Of a stretch of DNA of 64,000 nt, positions 1 to 10,700 are shown in pieces; the first letter of the stretch is position 1, and each line of letters starts with the position of its first letter. A program made the translations under genes and the position numbers. The notes beneath the pieces were generated by a model. It saw nothing but the letters and a program-made list of their open reading frames with translations. It was not told the origin of the DNA and made no database searches. This stretch comes from Nitrosopumilaceae archaeon (GTDB taxonomy: Archaea > Thermoproteota > Nitrososphaeria > Nitrososphaerales > Nitrosopumilaceae): the NCBI GenBank assembly GCA_965203465.1, contig CBDBCR010000002.1, forward strand, positions 99,876 to 163,875, written 5' to 3'.

Positions 1-885
1 GTGCAGTACTTTTTCACCCCCTACCCGCTCATCGAATCGGAGGTGGGCAGGCACAACACCGCCGTGCTAAAGATATACGAAAACGAGGGGCCGCAAAACC
101 TGTCGCACGTCTCGCTGGCCTTCGGCCTGCGCTCCGGGCAGGTCATATCGGAGAGCCTCGCGGTCATAAACTACGACATTTCGCACGACGGCTCCGGGAC
201 GGCCTCCGTCGTAGATCCGGAGGGCGCCATAGACCTCGAGACGCTCAGCGCCGAGCACGAGACCGTCGAGTGCTCGCCCGGCTCGGAGCTGCTGTGCGTG
301 CGGGTGTCCATAGGCCACATGTTCAGGGCCCCGCTCGAGTTCGACATCGTGGGTACCGACGTGTGGGATTCGCAGCGCAACGCGTGGCAGAACTACTTCA
401 ACCACGGCATACGGGTGTCGGGCGAGCCGCTCGACCCGCAGCCCGGAATGGAGGCCAACGGCGGGCAGCTGGTGCTCTACCCGATATCGCCCGGCTCGGC
501 AAACACGGACGTCATGGCAGACTCTGCGGGGCGCCTGTACAAGCTCTCGCCGGACGGCCTGTACCGGGAGCTTGCCAACCAGTCGCGCCTGTACCACATC
601 ATAGACGAATCGATGTACCTGACCGACGGGATGCCGATGCAGGGGTACGACCGCTCCGATCCGCGGTTCAGGGAGCACCTAGAGGCGCAGATACTGGCGG
701 CCCAGCAGGTGATGGACGCGCTCGTGCCGTCGCAATACGAGTACCCGCCGCAGGCCCCGTCCGAGGCGCCAGACCAGGCCGCCGCCGATGCGCGCCTGCG
801 CGCCGCCGTGGCGGCCGAGCAGCAGAGGGCGCTTTTGCTCTTCGAGGAGCTGTTCGGGTACCAGGGAATCAACGATCAAAACTAG
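1..885 (+). CDS. 3' end of a giant secreted surface-protein paralog (conserved C-terminal domain); truncated by the window edge
   Basis: Shares FFTxYP..N.AVLKIYENxG, LAFGLRSG, FRAPLEFDIVGTxVWD..RNAWQNYFNHGI and GYDR.DPRF motifs with the C-termini of the three complete paralogs downstream. Confidence 0.9.
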   Translation: MQYFFTPYPLIESEVGRHNTAVLKIYENEGPQNLSHVSLAFGLRSGQVISESLAVINYDISHDGSGTASVVDPEGAIDLETLSAEHETVECSPGSELLCVRVSIGHMFRAPLEFDIVGTDVWDSQRNAWQNYFNHGIRVSGEPLDPQPGMEANGGQLVLYPISPGSANTDVMADSAGRLYKLSPDGLYRELANQSRLYHIIDESMYLTDGMPMQGYDRSDPRFREHLEAQILAAQQVMDALVPSQYEYPPQAPSEAPDQAAADARLRAAVAAEQQRALLLFEELFGYQGINDQN

Positions 886-1143
886 GGCGCGCGGCTCGAT
901 CGCGGCAAAGTCCGCGGCGGCGCCGCGCATGCGGCCGCCCGACGCGTCGGCGGGCGCTTGGCAGAAAACCTGTCTCCAACTACGCGTTTTACACGCGCGT
1001 CGGGATTTTTGAATCGCGTGCATGCCGCGTCTGCGGCCGTTCGTCCGGCCGGATGCGGCGCCGCGCCCGCCTTCGCAAGTGCAGTAAACCAAACAAAACG
1101 CCCGTCAAAGCGGCCCGCCCGCGTCAAAAAAGGCGGCTAGGCA

Positions 1144-1461
1144 CTACTGCTGGGGCGCGGCCCCTCCGGACAGCAGCGAGAGCACGGGCATGGCGTCCCA
1201 CCCGTACATGGTGTACTCTAGCTTGTCCGAGCAGGCCTCGTCGTACTTTTTGAAAAAGTCGTCCGCCTCGTCCTTGGCCGCCTCGAAGACCGCCATGCCG
1301 GTGGCTCCGTCGTCGAACGATCCGGACCACATGATCCTGCCCTTCGACTGCCATTCGTCGACGAGTTCCCTGACGCGCGGTGCGACCGCCTCCAACTCCT
1401 CCCGCGTGGTGCCGTCCTTGATCACAGAGATCAGCACCCACGGCTTCTGTTCCTGGCTCAT
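1144..1461 (-). CDS. Small dimeric alpha-beta barrel protein (YCII/muconolactone-isomerase-like), hypothetical
   Basis: ATG at 1461 with an AT-rich TATA-like element about 25 bp upstream; W..GRIMWSGSFDDGATGMAVFEA pattern. Confidence 0.65.
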   Translation of the reverse strand: MSQEQKPWVLISVIKDGTTREELEAVAPRVRELVDEWQSKGRIMWSGSFDDGATGMAVFEAAKDEADDFFKKYDEACSDKLEYTMYGWDAMPVLSLLSGGAAPQQ

Positions 1462-1536
1462 GGCGGGCGGCGTGCCCGCGTAGATAATAAAGCATGGGCG
1501 GAATGCACGCGCCTGTTCCAAGCCCGGATAACGGGC

Positions 1537-1977
1537 CTACGCGATCCGGGCGCTGCCGAAGAGCACGCCGAACGCCTTGCACCATATGAGGACCTCGTCG
1601 TACTTTTCCAGGTCCGTCCCGTCGGGTATGGCGTAGTTTTGGTTGCCAGAATTCCCCTTTAGGGTGCCGAGGCTCACGTAGTCCGACGCGCTCTGGTCGG
1701 TGGCCAGGTACACGTACAGGTCGGGGCCGTTGGTGGACCTAAAGTCTTCCAGGCGGAGCACGCGGGATCCGTCCGCCTCCAGGACAGAGGCGGTCCCCTG
1801 CGCGTCGTGGATGCCGTCGCCCACGCCCACGAACGTGCCGCTGTACGCGGTGGCGGGGGCGCTCCCCATCTGCGGCGCGGCCTCGTCCACCTCGGTCTCC
1901 GTAAAGTACGGGCTGAGCGCGTACGCGGCCACCGCCACGGCCACCACCGCGGCCGCCACGGCCGCCGTCTTTATCAC
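1537..1977 (-). CDS. DM13 (electron transfer) domain membrane-anchored protein
   Basis: N-terminal hydrophobic anchor; GxF..G.HDAQG, LRLEDF.STNGPDLYVYL, LGTLKGNSGNQNY, VLIWCKAFGVLFG motifs. Confidence 0.9.
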   Translation of the reverse strand: MIKTAAVAAAVVAVAVAAYALSPYFTETEVDEAAPQMGSAPATAYSGTFVGVGDGIHDAQGTASVLEADGSRVLRLEDFRSTNGPDLYVYLATDQSASDYVSLGTLKGNSGNQNYAIPDGTDLEKYDEVLIWCKAFGVLFGSARIA

Positions 1978-2148
1978 GCCGAACCTTGCAGGCGGGAGGA
2001 TTTAACTGATGTTCCGAATCGCGGCAGACGTGCGGACGGTTCCCGACCGCGGGCGCGCCCGGATCGGGGCGCAGGGGCGGACGGCGCCGGGCGCCGCGGG
2101 TTTGCGTGCCTGGATCGAGACCAGATTCGCCGGCCCGCCGGAGATATC

Positions 2149-2156
2149 TTAATAAA
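2149..2156 (+). promoter_or_regulatory. Archaeal TATA box for surface-protein paralog 1
   Basis: TTAATAAA in a GC-rich context, 22-29 bp upstream of ATG 2178 (leaderless spacing). Confidence 0.65.
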
Positions 2157-2177
2157 CTCGACCGGCTAGCGTCAAGC

Positions 2178-5100
2178 ATGCGCGGCGCGCTCTATGCTGT
2201 GGCGGCGATCTCGGCCTTGGCGGCAGCGGCCCTCGCGCTGCCGGGGGCCGAGGCGCACGAAGGCACCATCACCGTCTCGTCGGCGGCGATCGTGGGCCCG
2301 CACAGCATAGACGTCGTGTTCACCGACAGGATAGGGTACGTCCGCGACGGCACCGACGCCCAGCAAAACGCGCTCTACAGCAACGATCCGAGCGCGCACG
2401 CGCCGGCCATCCACAACCAGATGAAGGCTCTGTACAACAGGGCCGTCGGCGGAGACAGCTCGGCGTGCCCTGAATTGAAGACGATGGGCGCGAGGTACTC
2501 GCAGCTCTTTTACAGCAACGTCGTGCTCTCGCCTGGCGGCGCCAAGCAGATATACCTCGTAGAGCCGGTCAACATAACCACCGACCGCATACACCTCAAC
2601 CCGTGCGAGAACATCCCGAGGGGCGCGACGGCCACGCTGCACATAGCAGACGCCTCGTACGGGACACACCCAAACTCGGTGTACAACAGGCAGTTCAACT
2701 ATACGGAAAATCCGGGCGACTACTTCAGCTTTGGCTGGATCGGCACGCACGGCCACGACATCAACGCGGCGACGATCCACGTGATAGAAGGCCGCCCGCC
2801 GGTGGTGCTAGACAACCCGCTGGTCAACGTGAACACCGGGAGGGTGTTCTTCCACTTTGACGGCCCCGGCGCCAACGGATCCCTCACCGACCCGTCAAAG
2901 ATAACGATCGGCGGCGTCAACATGGCCGGCGCATACCACACCACCACGACGGGGGCAGTCTCGCTCACGCTGCACGGCGGACAGAGGGAGGCGCTCGCCG
3001 AGGTGCAGGATACGAAACTGACAAAGGGCGGCGCCCCGGTGCCCGGCAGCGTGGTGCTGGCAGCCGGCGCGTTCGCCCGCGCGAGCGGCCACGCCACCGA
3101 GGCCGTCACGCTCACGCCGCGGGTCATAAAGGACACCTCGCCGCCGGAGCTGTCGTTCCTCTTTTCGGAGTTCGACTTGGGCCACGGCCTCATCAAACTG
3201 AGGTTCGACGAGCCCGTCTCGACCTCGGCGGACTTGGGCAAGACGCGTATGTTCAACTCCGGCGCGTACATGACGCTGGCGGGCGCCTCGATACAGGAGA
3301 GCGCGCCGTACTCGGAGCGCATCACGATACAGCTCACCCCGTCGCAAAAGGCGACGATCATGGATCCGGGCTCGTTCCCGCCGCGCATACAGTACGGGTT
3401 CCGGGACCAGGCCAGCTTTCCCGACTCGCACGGGTTCTCCAACAGCCTGCGGAACATCAACATGTCGGGCGGCGCGTTCAGCGACGCGGCCGGAATCGCC
3501 GCCCGCGTCAACCACTACTTTGGAACGATCGCCAGCGTCCACCTCGACCACGGCTTCGAGGACAGGGTGGCGCCGCGCGTGCTAGCGCAGTCGCTGTACC
3601 TTGGCAACGACGGCGAGCTGAGGATAACGCTGGACGAGTACGTCAGGGCCCGCTCGGCCGACCTGACCGGCGTGAGCCTGTCCGGCTCGGGGCAGTCCGT
3701 GAGCCTATCGGCGGCCAGCTCGCTAAAGTCCAACGGCGAGGAACTCCGCATATCGCTCACCGAGGAGCAGAGGCAGTCGGCGATAGGCATGGGCGCGCGC
3801 GTGGACTTGGGCGTGCGGGCCGGCGCGCTCAACGATCTGGCCGGCAACCCGATCGCGCAGCTCTCCGGCGCGCAGCTCTCGCTGGTACGGGACGGGCAGG
3901 GCCCGTCGTTCGTGTCCGCTTCGCTGGACGACGAGACCGGCGTGCTGACCGTCACGTTCGACGAAAGGATAGACGTGACGCCCGCGTCCAGGGTGGATCA
4001 GTCCGGTATCGTCATCTGCGCCTCGGGGCGTTCGGACGCCGCCCGGCCCGCGGACGGCCCGCACGCAGACCCGACAGTGAACAGGCTCGGCATCTGCGCC
4101 TCGGGGCATTCGGACGCAGTCCGGCTCTCGGGGCAGACGGTCCTCGGCACCGCCGCCGACGCGGCGACCGTGCGGCTCACGCTCACCGAGGCGCAGAGGT
4201 CGGCCGTCTCCGCGTACAATTCGGGCTCGCTGGTGCTGGAGATGGACGCCGGGGCGGTGCGCGACACGTCGGGCAACCCGTCCCCGCAGCTCTCCGAGCA
4301 CCTCAACGCGTCGGCCGACAAGACGGCCCCCTCCGCGCAGTCGGCCTCGATAGACCTCGGCACGGGCGAGCTCTCGGTGACGTTCGACGAGACAGTCGAC
4401 GCCACGCCGGCGTACAGGGTGGACCTTTCGAGGGTGAAACTGCACGAGGCGGGTAGCGCTGCGATGCTGCCGCTCTCCGGCGCGCAGGTCTCCGAGGCCG
4501 ACAGCCCGGTTGTGCGCGTGACACTTACGGAAAGCCAGAGACAGCAGGCCGTCTCGTACGCCTCGGGGCTGGCCGTCACGCTCGAGGCCGGCGCCGTGCA
4601 CGACGCGGCGCGCAACATGGCGGCGAGAACCGCCGGCCTGTCCGTGTCCGTCTCGGCGCAGGACGAGACGGCGCCGTCGCTGTCCGCCGCCTCGCTCGAC
4701 GGCGGCACCGGGGTGCTGACGCTGCTCTTCGACGAGACGGCCGACGCGTCCGCGGCCGACACGTCGAAGATGTGGCTAAAGGACAGGGGCTCGGCAGACG
4801 CGGCGCGCCTATCCCTCTCGTCGGCCTCGTCGGTCTCTGCGCACGACGCAGAATCGATCGAAGTCACGCTCAGCGGCGCCCAGCGCCAGGCGGCGCTGGC
4901 GTTCGCGGACCTGCTGCTGGACTTGGACGCGTCCGCGGTGGCAGACACGTCGGGCAACGGGATCGAGGCCGCGCGGGACGCCGAGGTCGGAGACAGGCTG
5001 GACGCGGTGGCCCCCTCGCTGGTCTCTGCCTCGCTCTCGGGCCCCAAGGAGGTACGGGTGTTCTTTAGCGAGGATCTGCTGGATTCGTCGGTGCAGCAGT

Positions 5101-7661
5101 CCGACTTTGAGGTCAGCGCGCACACGGTAAGCTCTGTCTCGGAGAGCGCCGGCGCGGTCACTATCGGGCTGGCCGAACCCGTATCGCCCGACTCGGGCGA
5201 GACGGTGCGCGTGACCACGTCGGGCCCGGTCTCGGATCTGGCCGGCAACGAGCTGGCCGCCGGCGCGTACCACGACGTGCTCAACAACCTCGACTTTGCC
5301 GAGATCAGGGAGTTTACAGTCACGTCGAGCAACGAAAACAACGAGTACGCAAAGAGCGGCGACACGGTGACCCTAAAGTTCGCGGCAAAGGCGGCCATAG
5401 ACATCGACGGCAGCACCGTGACGGTCAACTCGCAGAGCTTGGATCTCACCCGGGTGGCCGCCGACGAGTTCACCGCGACGTACGCGGTGGCCGGCGGGGA
5501 CGGGCCGCTGGAGATAGAGGCGCAGATAAAGACGCCCGGGGACAACCCCACGGTGGCCGTGTTCGACGAGTCGGACCTGTGGTCGGTCGACTCCGAGGGA
5601 CAGGCGGGGCCCTCGCCCAACGTGACGCTGGACAACACGGCACCGCGATTCCTGTCCGGCTCGCTGGCCGGGTTCGCGTCCATATACGTCCACTATACCG
5701 AGGAGGTCGTGACCGAAAAATTCGACTATTCGGACATACAGATAAGCGGCGGCGGGACACAGCACGAGCCCTCCTCGGTGTCCGGCTCGGGCGAGTCCTC
5801 GCACATACTGGTCATGTGGCAGGCAAACTACGACGAGAGGGTGATAGGGCGCGAGATAGGCTTCACGGTGGGCCCGCGCGTCACGGATCTGGCGGGCAAC
5901 GACATAGCCAACCCCGCCAGGTACACCGTCCCTGCCGTCACCGACGCGGACGCGCTGAGCACCATACACCTGACCAGCGGGCCGTCGGGCCAGGCCCAGC
6001 TGTCCATGCCGCACGACACGCTGATCAGGAACGTGCACGCGGGGGCCGGCACCGTCCCCACGCTCAACGTCGAAAACTTCCAGAGGCCGGGCGTCTCGCA
6101 CCTTCCCGGAAACCCGTCCGATCACATCGCCTTCCCGCCCGGCGATCCGCTCGTGGTGCACACGCAGACCAGCTCGGTGACGTTCCCGCCCGACGTCCAC
6201 GTGGCTGGCTTCGACGAAGACTTGGGCCACACCATAAGGGCGCAGGTCTCGGAGCGCGAGCCCGACGCCGACTTTGTCGCGGCCCACCCGCACATAGACA
6301 CGGACAGCGCGCACATACTCGAATTCGGCCACCCCGACGTGGATCTGACTTTCAGCCACCCCGTAAAGGTGGACTTTCAGGCCGGCATCGGGCGCGCCGA
6401 CGCGGTCTTTTCGATAGACTCGGCGGGCAGCACGCTGCTGATAGCGGACTGCGGCAACGAGGTGTACGACGCGGGCGCCTCGCAGTCCGACCCGCGGGAG
6501 CGCGACGAGGCCGAGAGGCGCGCGGCCGAGCAGTACCTGCGCAGCGACCCGGCCGAGCTAAAGCCGGCGACGGTCGACGGCGGCGCGTGCGTGGAGCGGG
6601 AGCGCAGCGTGATATGGACGCTGCACTTTTCGTCGTTCGGCTCGGCCTCGCCTGTCCGGACCAGCTCCGAGTGCGACGACTGCACCGCGCCCACGCTCGG
6701 CCTCGGCGACGACGGGGCGCGGATAGTCTCGGGAGGGTTCTCGTACAACGGGCACGCCGCCGACGTGGGCTCTTTCTTTACGGACTATCCGCAGATAACC
6801 GCGCAGGTGGGAGTGGAAAACACCGCGGTGCTAAAGGTGTACGACGAGGGGGGGACCGACCAGGTGAGGCACGCGGCCATCGCGTTCGGCCTGCGCTCGG
6901 GCCAGTCCATCTCGGAGAGCAGGGCCGAGATAGCTTGGGACAGGGACCACGCCGGGACCGAGACCGTCACGGTGACCGATCCGCACAACGCCCTCGAGGG
7001 CTCGGCCGTGTCGGTGAGCGCTTCGGAGGCGCAGTGCAGGCCCGGCTCGACCGACCAGTGCCTCTCGGTCTCCATAACGCACTCTTTCCGGGCCCCGCTG
7101 GACTTTGACATGGTGGGCACCAACGTCTGGGACGCGGACCGCAACGGGCGCCAAAACTACTTCAACCACGGCATACACATAGAGGGCGAATCGCTCAACG
7201 AGATTCCGGGGATGCTGGTGGACGGCCTGAGGCTGTACCCCATCAGGGCAGGCTCTGACCACGTGACGGTCATGACAGACGGGGACGGCCAACTGTACCG
7301 GCTGGCGCCGGACGGGACGTACAAGCCGCTGACCAACCAGTCTGCCCTTCACATGAGCGCCGACGAGCTGTGGTGGGTGACGGCCAACGTGGACGACGAT
7401 CCGATGGGAGGGTACGACCGCTACGATCCGCGCTTTGCCGGCGCGCTGGCCCTCGAAGAGCTGGCGGCCCTCGAGGTGCTCGGGGAACTGACGGGCCACG
7501 CGCCGCTGTCGAACCCGGACTTTGGCGCGCCGGCGCCCCTGGTGTACCACGAGCAGACCTATTCGGACCGCTCGTCCGACGAGGCGCTGGGCGCCGCCAT
7601 TCTGGCCGAGCGGGAGCGCGCGGCGCTGCTGTACGAGGCGCTGTTCGGGGACGGGTGGTAG
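2178..7661 (+). CDS. Giant secreted surface protein, paralog 1 (signal peptide, variable His-tipped domain, Ig-like repeats, HFS motif, conserved C-terminal domain)
   Basis: Long ORF; signal MRGALYAVAAISALAAAALALPGAEA|H; recurring LD.GTG.L.V.FDE...GAV.D..GN repeats; CDDCTAPTLG domain. Confidence 0.9.
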   Translation: MRGALYAVAAISALAAAALALPGAEAHEGTITVSSAAIVGPHSIDVVFTDRIGYVRDGTDAQQNALYSNDPSAHAPAIHNQMKALYNRAVGGDSSACPELKTMGARYSQLFYSNVVLSPGGAKQIYLVEPVNITTDRIHLNPCENIPRGATATLHIADASYGTHPNSVYNRQFNYTENPGDYFSFGWIGTHGHDINAATIHVIEGRPPVVLDNPLVNVNTGRVFFHFDGPGANGSLTDPSKITIGGVNMAGAYHTTTTGAVSLTLHGGQREALAEVQDTKLTKGGAPVPGSVVLAAGAFARASGHATEAVTLTPRVIKDTSPPELSFLFSEFDLGHGLIKLRFDEPVSTSADLGKTRMFNSGAYMTLAGASIQESAPYSERITIQLTPSQKATIMDPGSFPPRIQYGFRDQASFPDSHGFSNSLRNINMSGGAFSDAAGIAARVNHYFGTIASVHLDHGFEDRVAPRVLAQSLYLGNDGELRITLDEYVRARSADLTGVSLSGSGQSVSLSAASSLKSNGEELRISLTEEQRQSAIGMGARVDLGVRAGALNDLAGNPIAQLSGAQLSLVRDGQGPSFVSASLDDETGVLTVTFDERIDVTPASRVDQSGIVICASGRSDAARPADGPHADPTVNRLGICASGHSDAVRLSGQTVLGTAADAATVRLTLTEAQRSAVSAYNSGSLVLEMDAGAVRDTSGNPSPQLSEHLNASADKTAPSAQSASIDLGTGELSVTFDETVDATPAYRVDLSRVKLHEAGSAAMLPLSGAQVSEADSPVVRVTLTESQRQQAVSYASGLAVTLEAGAVHDAARNMAARTAGLSVSVSAQDETAPSLSAASLDGGTGVLTLLFDETADASAADTSKMWLKDRGSADAARLSLSSASSVSAHDAESIEVTLSGAQRQAALAFADLLLDLDASAVADTSGNGIEAARDAEVGDRLDAVAPSLVSASLSGPKEVRVFFSEDLLDSSVQQSDFEVSAHTVSSVSESAGAVTIGLAEPVSPDSGETVRVTTSGPVSDLAGNELAAGAYHDVLNNLDFAEIREFTVTSSNENNEYAKSGDTVTLKFAAKAAIDIDGSTVTVNSQSLDLTRVAADEFTATYAVAGGDGPLEIEAQIKTPGDNPTVAVFDESDLWSVDSEGQAGPSPNVTLDNTAPRFLSGSLAGFASIYVHYTEEVVTEKFDYSDIQISGGGTQHEPSSVSGSGESSHILVMWQANYDERVIGREIGFTVGPRVTDLAGNDIANPARYTVPAVTDADALSTIHLTSGPSGQAQLSMPHDTLIRNVHAGAGTVPTLNVENFQRPGVSHLPGNPSDHIAFPPGDPLVVHTQTSSVTFPPDVHVAGFDEDLGHTIRAQVSEREPDADFVAAHPHIDTDSAHILEFGHPDVDLTFSHPVKVDFQAGIGRADAVFSIDSAGSTLLIADCGNEVYDAGASQSDPRERDEAERRAAEQYLRSDPAELKPATVDGGACVERERSVIWTLHFSSFGSASPVRTSSECDDCTAPTLGLGDDGARIVSGGFSYNGHAADVGSFFTDYPQITAQVGVENTAVLKVYDEGGTDQVRHAAIAFGLRSGQSISESRAEIAWDRDHAGTETVTVTDPHNALEGSAVSVSASEAQCRPGSTDQCLSVSITHSFRAPLDFDMVGTNVWDADRNGRQNYFNHGIHIEGESLNEIPGMLVDGLRLYPIRAGSDHVTVMTDGDGQLYRLAPDGTYKPLTNQSALHMSADELWWVTANVDDDPMGGYDRYDPRFAGALALEELAALEVLGELTGHAPLSNPDFGAPAPLVYHEQTYSDRSSDEALGAAILAERERAALLYEALFGDGW
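4013..4117 (+). repeat. 27-bp intragenic direct repeat (one mismatch), 78 bp apart
   Basis: CATCTGCGCCTCGGGGCGTTCGGACGC (4013-4039) and CATCTGCGCCTCGGGGCATTCGGACGC (4091-4117); encodes ICASG(R/H)SDA twice. Confidence 0.85.
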
Positions 7662-7701
7662 ATTCCATGGCTGAGCGGGCTTACGTACCAGGCGAGCGGC
7701 G

Positions 7702-10700
7702 ATGCTTGTGAAGGGCAGGATCGCGCAGGTCGTGCTCGTATCGCTGGTTCCGGCGTTGCTGGTCGGATACGGCGCGCTGGACGGGGGCTGGCAGGCCGTC
7801 CTGCCGGAGGCCGAGGCGCACGCGGGCACGATACACGTCACCCGGGCCGCGCTGACCGGCCCCAACACCATCGTGATCACGTACTCTGGCGTCGTCGGGG
7901 CCCCGGAGCAGACGAGGCCCACCGTGCAGTGCTTTTACGGCGGTTGCATCCGGACCGGCACCGAGACCGTCATCACCGACGCGGGCCGGTATTCGGACAT
8001 CGTGATCAATCCGGGGGGCTCGGTGGGGATCACCTCCCGCGACCGGCACGGGTACGGCGGCAACGAGCACCGCATCACCTTCGGCGGGAGCGGCGCCGCG
8101 CCGGACGCGACCGGCTCGCTAAGCGTGGCGTCGGGCGGCCCGTGGTCGAATTCGTACCACCGCCACACGCGCGCCGCGGCGACCGTCACGGTGCAGGACG
8201 GACAGGCGCCCGGGCTGGTACCCTCGAGCGTGTCGCTGGATCTGAACAACACCGGCGTCTTTTCGTTCAGAGCCAATGAGGATCTGCTAAAGTCGGCCAC
8301 CGACCCGTCTAAAATAACCATAGCCGGCGTGAGCCTCTCGAGCGCCACCGTACTGGACTTGGGCGGCGAGCGCGGCGTGTACGTGACCATCACCGAGGAT
8401 CAGAGGTCGCGCCTGGCCGCGCTGCAGGACGGCGGCCTGACGGCCGACTTTGCGGGGGCGGCGTTCGCAGACGCGCTGGGCAACAGGTCGGCCCCCGCTT
8501 CGGGCGTGCAGATATCCGTTACAAAGGACACGACGCCCCCTGCGCTGCTGCTAGGCGACTCGAGCCTGGACTTGGGCACGGGCGCCCTGAGGCTCGCGTT
8601 CAGCGAGTACGTGGACGTGTCCGAGGCGGACATGTCCGCGGTGCGGCTGCAGGATTCTTCGGGAGGCAGGGGACTGAGCCTCGCGGGCAGCGCCGTCCTT
8701 GAGGAGGACGACGGCTACGGCGTCTCGGTGCAGCTGACCGACCTGCAGAGGGCGCAGATAGCAAACCCCGACGCGTTCCCGCCCGGCGCCTCCCCCGGCG
8801 CCGTCCCGGGCGCGCAGCTGCCCGCCGTCGGCGATCTTCCCGAGGCGTACACGCTCACGTACCTAAAGGCGCCCTCGGCGGCGTTCAGCGATCTGGCCGG
8901 GATCCCGCTGTCCCGCGCGCCTGACGGCGCAAAACTGCCCACGACGGACGACTCCGCCCCGCCTTCGGTACTGGGCAGCCCGGCGCCCTCGCTGGCCCTC
9001 GACACCGGAATATTGCGCTTCGAGTTGGACGAGTACGTCCGCGCACGCGCGATCGATCTAGAAAACGTCGCCATAAAGGACAGGTTCGACGGGAGCGTCT
9101 CGCTGGAGAACGCCGAGCTCCGCTCGGACGGCAAGGCCGTGATGCTGACGCTGCCGGATCCGGACAGGGAGGCTGCCATCAACATGCAGACCGACCTGCT
9201 CTTGAGCGTGCCGGCCGGCGCGGTCGAGGACGTCTCGGGCAACGGCATCGCCGGATCGGAGACGGGCATCGAGGTGGCGCGGGACAGGACCGCCCCTTCG
9301 CTGGTCCGCGCGTCGCTGGCCGGCGACAAGCTGGCGCTGGTCTTCAGCGAGACGGTCGACGCCACCCCGTCGGGCCAGGTCGTCCTGTCGAAGATGTCGC
9401 TGCGCGCCCCGCAGACGGCCGAGGCCGGCGCGGTGCGCCTCTCGTCGGGGCAGGACGTAGCGACGGTCGAGACGTCGGCCGACGGCCCGCGCGTCGACAT
9501 CACGCTGACGGCCAGCCAGAGATCGGCGCTGGCAGCCGGCCAGAGCTCCACGCTGCTGCTCTCACTCGAGGCCGACGCGGTCCGAGACCTTTCGGGCAAC
9601 CCGGTGCAGGCCAACAGCGAGCTGCCGGTCGGCGCGTCGCTGGACCTGGCCGGGCCGGCGGCGCTTTCCGTGACGCTCGACACGGGCACCGGAACCATGT
9701 CGGTCACGTTCGACGAGATCATAGACGCCACGCCGGCATCCAAAGTGGACGCGTCAAAGTTTTCCATACGCGACTCGTCGGGCAGCGCCGACGCGGTGCG
9801 CACGGCCCTTGCGAACGCCAAAGTCTCCGGGTTCGATCGCGCTACGCTGGAGCTAAAGCTCACCGAGGCGCAGAGGCAGGCGGCCCTGTCGTACGGCGGC
9901 GCGCCGGTCTTGGACGTCGCCGCCGGCGCCGTCCGGGATCTGGCCGACAACCCGTCGTCCGCCTCCGCGGGGCTGCCCGTGGCGGTCTCCGGCGCGGACA
10001 CGTTCGTGCCCCAGCTGCTCTCGGCGTACCTGAACCGCGGAACCGGCAACTTGGAGATGCTGTTCGGCGAGACGGTGGACGTATCCGAGATTGACCTTGC
10101 AAAGCTGAGGATACAAGAGATCGCGGTGGTGGTAGAGGCGCCCGAAAACACGGGCACCGCAGTGTGCGCCTTGGATCTAAACAACATATACCGGTGGCTC
10201 ACCGGCCCGAATGCGGGCCAGACGTGCACCCCGCCGACCGCGCCGCCGCCCGTGCCGCAGGCGTTCGTGCAGCTAAAGACGGACACGACTTCGGCCTCGG
10301 TACTGACCACGTCTGACGGCGCCTCGGTCGCCGTGGCCCTGACCGAGGAGCAACTGGGGTGGGTCGAGGCGTTCGAGCGCGCAGCGCAGCTTGACATAGA
10401 GGCGGGCGCCGTAAAGGACACGTCGGCCAACCCGATCCAGGCCCGCTCCGACGTCCCGCTCTCCGTGCAGGCCGACACCGTCCCGCCGGCGCTGGTCTCG
10501 GCGGCGATCACAGGCCCCAATTCGGTCCGCGTGCAGTTCAGCGAGGATCTGCTGAATTCGTCGGTGGACGCCTCCGACTTTGCGGTGCGCGGCCACGCGA
10601 TCGCCGGCGTCGAGGAGACAAAGGGCACGGTGGACATCGAGCTGTCCACGCGCATCGACAACACGTCGGGCCAGACCGTGCGCGTCTCGGTGACCGGCAG

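Noticed and set aside
886-1140. Possible ncRNA or MITE in GC-rich intergenic gaps (also 13090-13320, 40745-40860, 62930-63240)
   Set aside because: Only short hairpins expected at this GC content; no tRNA cloverleaf, shared repeat or clear terminal inverted repeats recognised
7667-7711. Out-of-frame ATG (MAER..) upstream of paralog 2, resembling the VAER start of paralog 3
   Set aside because: It might mark an old frameshift, but ATG 7702 gives a complete signal peptide and the similarity is too short to support
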